Assembly: GCA_965637545.1 (NCBI GenBank)
Contig: OZ281498.1
Coordinates: 18,600,001-18,664,000 of the forward strand
Direction: 5' to 3'
Length of the DNA stretch: 64,000 nt
DNA from: Phallusia mammillata
Taxonomy: Eukaryota
A program made the position numbers and the translations under genes. Below, piece by piece: positions 52,101 to 61,100 of this stretch. Numbering within the stretch: the stretch's first letter is position 1; each line of letters opens with the position of its first letter. The notes beneath the pieces are model-generated. The model made no database searches, was not told where the DNA came from, and saw nothing but the letters and a program-made list of their open reading frames with translations.

Positions 52101-55100
52101 TTTGTTTCTTGTTTCATTTAAAATATTTTTACGTTAATTCGGAAAATAACAGAGAAATTTGATTCACAAAAACTTGAAACGTTTGCGGAATACAACCAAG
52201 AGTTATTAATCATTGTTGTGGGGTCGGAATCTGTTTATGTCTACTGGCTCCATTTAAGAGATATTTAAAGCCTTTTTTGAAAAAAATAGTGAGGTTGCGA
52301 TATTTTGACGATTTTCGGCCGATATCGTCCGAAACAGCAATAAACTGTGCAAGGACAACAGGGTATGGAATCGAATTCAGTGAAATCACACTTTTCAAGT
52401 CGCAGTCAGTTTTCTAAGCATTGTGGAGTCGTGGTATTTTCTGCGAATCCGACTTTAGGCCAATTTGGTTGAAAAACAGTAACAAAGTGTGCAGAAGCAT
52501 TAGGCAACATTAAACCTCTGCTTCTGGTTGAAATTGAAAAAGTGATGTTCGAAAAAGGTTTGACCTTGTGTGTGTCCCTTTGTCGTATCAAATGTTTTGA
52601 TTCTCTAATCTTTGTAAGTGTAAGAATTTAAGAAACATCACAAAGTTTGTGATAACAAATCGTTCTTATCGCGCACTGCACCACAATAAATGATAGTAGC
52701 CAATATGAAATATTGCAATGTGGTTAGAGTTGGATCTTGAGTATGTTTGAGGGTCAATAGGTTACGCATGTTTGAACAGCAATATGATGAATACGCCAAC
52801 GCCAATCCAGTGTTTTAAAAGTATCCGAAAATATTTTTAGGTCGTCTGTTTTTGTTAAAAGCGTGAAATTATTTCAATGACGAATATAACGGCTCAAATG
52901 CTTTATTATTTAAACGTTTCGGCAAATGCTCATGCCATCATCAGTGATATGAGGGCCACATTAGTTGAGCATTTGCCGAAATAATGATATCATAAGCATT
53001 TGCCAAAACGTCTGAATAATAAAGCATTATGCTTTTTATGTCTGTTTGGGTCGTTGTCATTCAACTTATGAACAGATCCGTTCATTATGTTCCGTGAAAT
53101 TATTGATTTTCCATTATAGTAGTTTTGCTTTCTAAATGTTGACATACTGTAACAAAAAAAAGTTCATAGCTTTTGCTTTATTGTAAAATGCATTTTTTAA
53201 ACAAAGTAAGCTACGTTGAAAACCGTTCTAACATTATACGCTATTATGCACCAAACAGGGATATCCAGGACCTCGCGGGCTTCCAGGGCGCCGCGGCATA
53301 CCAGGAAAACTTGGCCGTAAGGGAATAGAAGGAGAAAGGGGAGAGCCAGGACCTCAGGGAGTACAGGTGAGGCTCTGAAATGTTATGACTACATTCCAGC
53401 GCATTGTTTTCTACACAAACTGCGCCATTATTTCTAAGTATGTTGTGGTGGCGAAGTGAAAACACCGCAAATTACCTTTTTCTGTAGTTTTTTTGAATGG
53501 GTTAGCGTTTGGTGTTCGGAAATAGTTTTGGTTGCTTTCTAGCGGGCGCTAATAGGATTTTTTGCCGGCACAAACTTTATCTGAGCCAGGCCTAGGCTAC
53601 AATCAACCATTGTAAAATTTCGAATTGTTTTTCAAGACAAGGGCCCTTGATAAGATCATAACGGATAATAAATTGATTTTTATTGCAGTCATTTTTTTCC
53701 AACACATTTAACAGTTAAAATATTAAGTTTGGAAATATTTACAGATGATAATATCTTTTAAACGTCTTAATATCGATAACTGACTGCACTTGATTGTTGT
53801 CAAAACACGTTTCCAACACAGACTACTAGACTTATGACACAGTTGGCAAAACTAGGCTATTGTTTAGCAAACAGCAAAGATACCCTAAAACTGCTAATAC
53901 TTTGCATGCCACATATTCAAAATTAATGTCCAATATATAAGTCAAACAAATCAGTTCCTAAGAATATATATTCTCTACCAACATCTCTTGAGCTTCGCAA
54001 TGACACTATTTGAAAAACGCAAATTCATGACGGTTACCACTTGTTTATCATTGCACTAAAAAACTGTCATTTGACACTAAGGAAGAATTCAGTCAACTGT
54101 CGAAACTTAATCTTGCCTGTCGCTGCACTCGTTACGCATGAGTGCAAGCGGTTAACCACGTGATGATGTTTTTGTTGACAGGGACCAGTCGGGTTTCCTG
54201 GACCGGACAGCGAACACGGGCAAGTCGGTGAAACGGTAAATAGTTTTGTGTTGCACGATTTCCTTTATGTAGGTTCTGAATTTCATTCCTACGTTTCAAA
54301 AATTAAGTTACCGTCCCTGGTAAAGGCTGTTACCATTGTTTACTCACATCTTTCACAATGCATAGGATATGTATTTAGGCAATGTGTAATCTTTGCTTAT
54401 GGATCTAATCTCCCACTGGATACTTCCATTTGCAGGTGTAGGCTAGCGGCTAGCCTACTCCTACGGTATGTGTCTAAACACAAAGTAATTCTAAAACGTT
54501 TTTATATTATGACGTCATATCAAAGGCTTATCGCTATGACGTCATAACATTTCAAAAACCACTAGCTTTGTAATCAAGGTTTTTTGTCCAAAACGCTTGT
54601 GCCTTTAGCAATTATGTCTGCCACTCAAAAAAATGTTTTAATACATCAAGGGTCCACCTGGGATTCCAGGCACCAAAGGAGATCGCGGAGACAAAGGCAA
54701 CAAGGTACAATTTTTTTAATCATTACGACCACCTCTGGAGCTTTACATTAAAATTGCTTTTCAGGGAGCAAAGGGAGAAGAAGGAACTCGGGGACCCGCT
54801 GGTGTAAAAGTAAAGTAATGTTCGTTTATTGCGCACTTCCTGCATTTTTAGGAAGTGTTGGTTTACTTAAATGTGCGTACCGTTTAAAATTGCCTTGAAT
54901 GTCATAGTCCCAAAAGCCACATAATTTGGTTATACAGATCCCCTAAAAATGCCTTTCGGGCGAAATTTTCAAACATATTTGTGATACCTATTTACCCAGT
55001 TGTGTCGCTGTATAAAGAAGTTTCGGGTCGGGCCAAGTTTGAGAAGGCTTGATTCGGGCCTGTTTTTATACCTTTTTTTGTGTCCCACTTTCGGGCCTGA

Positions 55101-58100
55101 TTTAGACTTTTGTTTTTAATCGTTTTCTGTCGTGAGTTTCGATACTTTTTGCGACTCTGGTATGCAGCCGGAAATACTATTGTGTTAACGTAATATATTT
55201 AACTTTTAAGGGTCACCCAGGGGATCCTGGTTCGAAAGGAAACACTGGAGCTCCTGGTATTCCGGTAAGCGTCTTTTATTACATTTCAAAATTTACAAAT
55301 GTAGGGAAAAGTTTTTACAGATTTTAGCAGCATTTCTACCTAGTATGAATTGTTTGCTTCCTTCGTATACTCGCTTGCTGCATAGTTAATACGTTTTTTG
55401 CGTTATGCTTACAATGAGTCCACCTTCAAGCAGTCATACTGCTAATACATTAAATAAGCTATTGCTGTCAGGCATAATGAATTTCTTGTCTTGCAAGATA
55501 TGCCATTATCCTGATAAAGGCGTCTTGTATAGGGCGTCGAAACGTCGATTGTTTACAATAAAACTGCTGGATGAGCAATACTCGGTTATATTGCTGATAC
55601 GTTGGATCATTTTTTCATTGGAATTTGTATTTGGGTGAAATTGTATTTGCATGTATTCGGTGACTTCAATGCAGTACAACCGATAAGTTTTCTTTGTGTC
55701 GCTGCAATGGCAAGTTTCTAGCTCACTGAAACACCATGCAGTAGCCGAGACAAGATTAGAACCCGCAACCTTGTGAACGCAATGCGCCAGCTTGAACAAC
55801 TTGAGTCATCTGGGCCGCAAGTCTAATAAAATTTACATGGAAACGCTTTTATAGATATATACAGTACTCCGTGCCCCATAAAAACCTGCCATTTGGGTGC
55901 ATGCTTTTGGTTGAAGATGGTTTGCTGTAACAGCAGATAAAACTTAAATGAAAACGTATATTTGGCTGTATATCATCTATTGTGTGTTACGGTTTCCGAT
56001 TCTGGTGAAAACTTAATGAGGTTGAATTAAATCGTATCAGGTGGTCTTGGCTTATCTTAAACGTTTATTTATGATCACAAACACCAGGTGCTGCTTCGGT
56101 TAGCGTTAATTTAAGCTAAGTAGGTATTGGTGAAAATACATTCGTAATCTGCATTTGTTGTTCGTAAAACGGATGCGAACACCACAATGGTTAAACTACA
56201 AAACAGAGGCGCAGGTGAATTTCGTGTTTTATACAGAAAAATGCTGTGAAAAAATAAACGGTTGATCATGTAAAGCGCGTTTAGAAAATAAATTGTTCAC
56301 CAATTATAAGTTTCCTGTGTTTTGCATAATTATTCGATTCTTTGAGGTGAAACACTGTTCATTGGGCCTATTCAGCTGTAATTACATATTTAAAACAAAA
56401 ATGTCCATTGTGAGTTTTGGGTAATGTGTCATATTGTCTACTTTTTTCGTATTAAAAAAGGTTAAGTATTGCCATAGTGAATTAACTATCTTTTCGAAGA
56501 ATTTAACAAGTATCTATGACCAATATAGTTTTACAAATATTGTTTTGCAGGGACCAATAGGACGGCCAGGCCCACCTGGACATCCGGGAGTAGAGGTAAA
56601 CTTGCAGACTCATGTTTAGTTGACAAGAATTAGGTTAAAGTGGATAGCATTACTAAACAGTCGGCACATGCTAAGACATTGTACGAAACTTGATATGACA
56701 AGGAATTAAGCAATCATAACATACAGTTTAAATTTCAAGGGTGATCTAGGACCTGACGGTTCAAAGGGTCCTAAAGGAAAAAATGGATCAAAGGTATGTT
56801 TTCTTAACATATATATGTAAGCAAGTATTTCTGTTATTGTTGAATCTTTCTAGCGAAGGTTTTGCACCCATCTATACGTAACCAGTGCTCAATTCGAGAT
56901 TTAAAACAAAATAGTCCATTTTTTTAATACAATTACAATTATTAGGTTTGCCATGCGTTTTTTTTTTCATTTTTATAATTGCTTCATGATGAACCGTCGA
57001 TGGTTGCAAAGGTTTCTTTAGCACATGGACAGTTAATTAAAAAAATAACCCACACAAAACCGACCAAAGCCTATTAACCCAGGATTAGACAAAACTTTTT
57101 ACTAATACATTTGTCACATAAAAATGTGTTTTATAGTAAATTAATTAAACGACAACAGAGTAACGTTAAAGTACTTTAATTTCACTTTAAACCTTGTCGA
57201 GATCGCTCTTATGTAGACTTTATTTGCCAACATCTGTACAACTAAACCTTACAGGACTTCTAGCATCATTTTGTCTAAATCGACTTATTTTACACAGGGT
57301 GACCCAGGACCAGAAGGTCTTCGTGGACGACCAGGAAATCAGGTAAGTCAACACCTGTAATAACCCTCGGTAATTTCCTACATGACCTTAAAGACTCTGT
57401 CGCGCCGCAGGAATGCAAATAACGCCGCAAGTTACATTTTTTCTTGTGGTCGTCTATATTCAGCCAGTATGGTATTTTTGGCCATATAGGTTCCAAAATG
57501 GAATTCTGTTTCAAATTTCACTCCAATTTTACAAATTTGCGCGTGTAACGTACAGAGATTGATCTGTTTTTTAAGGTACCCGTACGGTTTAAATCAAATA
57601 AAAATTTTGCATAGTTAACATGCTGCCAAATATAGTTCTTGATCAAACCAATCTTTGCAGAATTCACGTATTTCGATGCATTCAAACGGTTGGGTGCAAC
57701 ATCCTAAGATTACAGCCGTTTTTAAACCATTTATAAGTAAACACTTATATTTTCAATTCATCAAACTGACTTGAGTACTGTCGCGACTAACACTCAACTT
57801 TACTCAAAATACTTTACAACTACCAGAGGAGTAGGCTAAAACTCGAACTTGGGTCAATGACACAACTTCTGATCCGCTCTTGACAAAAAAAATGTTTGGG
57901 AACGAAGTTTGTGGCCAAAATTACTGCTTTACCAAGTTAGTAAGAAAAAAAAACTGTTGCGAGTGTGTTTAAAACACCAGCAGCTGAAAAATATTTTACC
58001 ATGACCATGTCGTTACCGCAGTACTTTATTATCTGTATACTGTGGTTAAGTTAATTGGATTACAGAGTTACAATTTTGCGACAACTGTCTCGGGAATTAA

Positions 58101-61100
58101 AGTGTTGGTTACCGTTTATCGATTCCACGAACATCTACAGGAGCAATGCAAAAAGTCGTCACACTATTGGCAATGTGACTTGTAAACTATATGCGGTCGT
58201 CACGAAGGGATAAACAACGTATATTGAACTATGCATTTTATATGCTTTTTAAGTATTGTTTTGCGTTGCACCTGAACTCCCGTAATTTTGTGTGGGCCTA
58301 TTGGAACAAAAACCACAGCTGGACCTTTAATGCTGAAAAGAACTCGATTTATTTTGGTCAAATAAGTTTTCGGTCATATTAAGTTTTTTTAAGTGTTTTT
58401 TCGCATAAACCTCTAAATTAGCAGTTTCATTTTCAAACAGAATTTCGTAAAAATGGATAGTCTTTAGCTTGCATGTATTGAGGACCTCAAAAAGTTAAGT
58501 TTTCGCAACTTGGATAAAACTCGGTGTGAACGTTTCCTTATTAATGAAATCTCGTTGCAAGTAAAGCAAAGGACTATACCGATTCAGGGTCATTAATTCA
58601 TGACTGCAGGAAATTTCAGAGTGAAAAACACTAAGGCGCAGTACTTTTTACTTATGTCTTCGGAAACAATAAAATACAGCGACTGATTTTGTGTTTTTCA
58701 CTCTGAAATTGCCTGCAGTTGGCTGAAACCGTTAATTCGCCGTAATGTTACGTTCGCATCCTGCAAAGAGTATCATGTTGCTCATTAGTCTTACTTAAAG
58801 TGTGACAGACTGTAGTGGCCATAAGACACCACTTACTGATATGTTGCTGTGTTGCAGGGCCCACGAGGTCACGAAGGTCAACGGGGACCCATTGGCCCAC
58901 CCGGAGAACTGGTAAGTGTAAAACTTGCACTTAAATTGTAAAGACATTTTGTTTGAGAAGTGTGAAAATTGTCAAGTTACATTTAAGTGAGACGACTGCT
59001 CTAAATGTTGATTTATTGTTGCTATATCAATAGTATATCTCATGTTGGCTAAAAAAACCTTAAACATAATTGCATTTGATTATCAAGAAAGGTTAGCTTT
59101 AGGGATGTGCCGAACCGAGCCAGAACCCAAGTACTCGATACCGAGCATCGCTGTTTTTGATGCTAGATGCTCGACCGACAGAATATTTTCAGTTTTGGCC
59201 CAGCTCTAATTAGCTTGTTTTTGCAACAAACACAACAATGCTTTCGTTATTCATAAGAAAACAAGGTAGCAGATAATTCGTCATGTTTCTGTGCCCGAAT
59301 GTAAATGACTCCAACAAGTCTTAACGTACAAATAGCTAAATTTTTAGTATTATCGTGATTTTGCTCATTTTATCTGTAAAACTACTTTAAACAAGCAAAA
59401 TGACCACCCAGGGTGACCAAAGAAAAATACATTAACCAAATCTGATCATAATCAATGGTTGTGCCCAAACCTAGATTTTCGCACTTGAAACCAAATTGAC
59501 ATCAAATACACACTTGTTTTAAGTACACAACGCATTGTCAGAGGGTATAAATTGCACAAAACGAACTAAACCCAACTGTCAACGCCGTGTCCCTAAAAAT
59601 GGTCTCATTCTGAAATCTAGAATCAGAAGCAAACATCACGATAGCTCAGGTCACGGTAAAAGTGCTACCAATGTGGCGCAAATACACATAGGGATGCTGC
59701 GGGAATCTTAACTGACAAGTTAAATCCCTCTTTGAATGCGAACGGTTATCTGACGAGTTAGGCCAACGGCTGACGTGACGAACGATGATCTTATCTTACC
59801 GAGTATGGTGTGTTAGGCACGTTTCAAAGTAGCAAGCTATATAGTATGTTTAAATTACAAAACAAATTCGTTCGGGATATTAGCAAACGTATTAATTACG
59901 AGATGCGAAGTCAAAAAGGGTTGGGTTATGAATTGGGCTCAAGCTGGAATGTATGAAACAGACTTGATTTTTAGACAGAAAAATCCTTCCCATGTGTATG
60001 TTTTTGTGCTTGGAATGCCGTTTAATCAACCAGAAATGCCATCTGGTTGATTAAACGGCATTCCAAGCACAAAAACATACACATGGGAAGGATTTTTCTG
60101 TCCAAAAATCAAGTCTGTTTCATACATTCCAGCTTGAGCCCAATTCATAACCCAACCCGAATATTGTAAGACTATCTGCTTTATTAAACAGTATTCCAAG
60201 CACAAAAAATACACATGGGAAGCATTAATTCGTCCAAACATCGACTCTGCTTCATTCATGCAAGCTTAAGCCAAAATCATAACCCGACCCGAAAATTAAA
60301 AGACTGTAGGCTACTGTTGTGATTACACTTTTGTCTTCTTCATTCGATATTTTTTGCATCCAAAAATGTTTTTGTTACAGGGAAGGCGGGGTCAGAAAGG
60401 AGAGAAAGGTCAAAAAGGACAAACGGTAAAAAAATGTGTTTAAGTTTTTCGTTGGTTTTATAACGTTTTATTTTGCCGTCTGTGCCTTAATTCACTGTAT
60501 GCGACATATTTTTGTACCATTTGGGGTCTTGCTTTGCCCTATCCGACCTGCCTTTAAACTTGTACAATCCTGACACACTTCTCAGTTCAAAGCCGAAAAC
60601 TTTTTGAAATGAAGCATGGCAAACCTCACGTGACAGCCACAACAAACATCGCGTATCAAATAATCTTTGTCTCGGCGGAAGCGTGCCTTGGTCTTACGCT
60701 TGGTTGATTACAGCATGAAAACATATTGTGAAAAACTTGAGTGTATCACGCAATATACATTTCGTAGAAAAAAGAACATCGCATATTACGTTTCTGTTTG
60801 GCATTTGGGCCATATGAGTTTCATATGCAGAAACGTTTTGTAACTAAACCGATCCGTTCTTTGAGCATTAAACATGATGACAAATCCTGGTAAATTTATT
60901 CTGGGATTCTTTCCCTATTCTATTGCCATTGTCGCAACGATTTCCACCTTTTATTTTATAAATCACAAGTTCGGGAAATGTTTATTTCCAGGCTGAAATC
61001 AGTGTTGACAGTGTTGTAAAAACAAATTAATTTCGCTAAAAAGCATCTTTAGTGTCTTATTCAAATAGAATCTTCACTGACAACACTGATTTCAGCCTGG

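Noticed and set aside
52303-52345. ttgacga...ccGAAAC hammerhead-like string; also ctgatga..gaaa at ~26550, ~36060 and ~41140
   Set aside because: No proper stem II junction, stem I or NUH site.
58052-58062. TAATtggATTA paired-class P3 site in a collagen intron (Prrx target?)
   Set aside because: Expected by chance in AT-rich DNA without conservation data.
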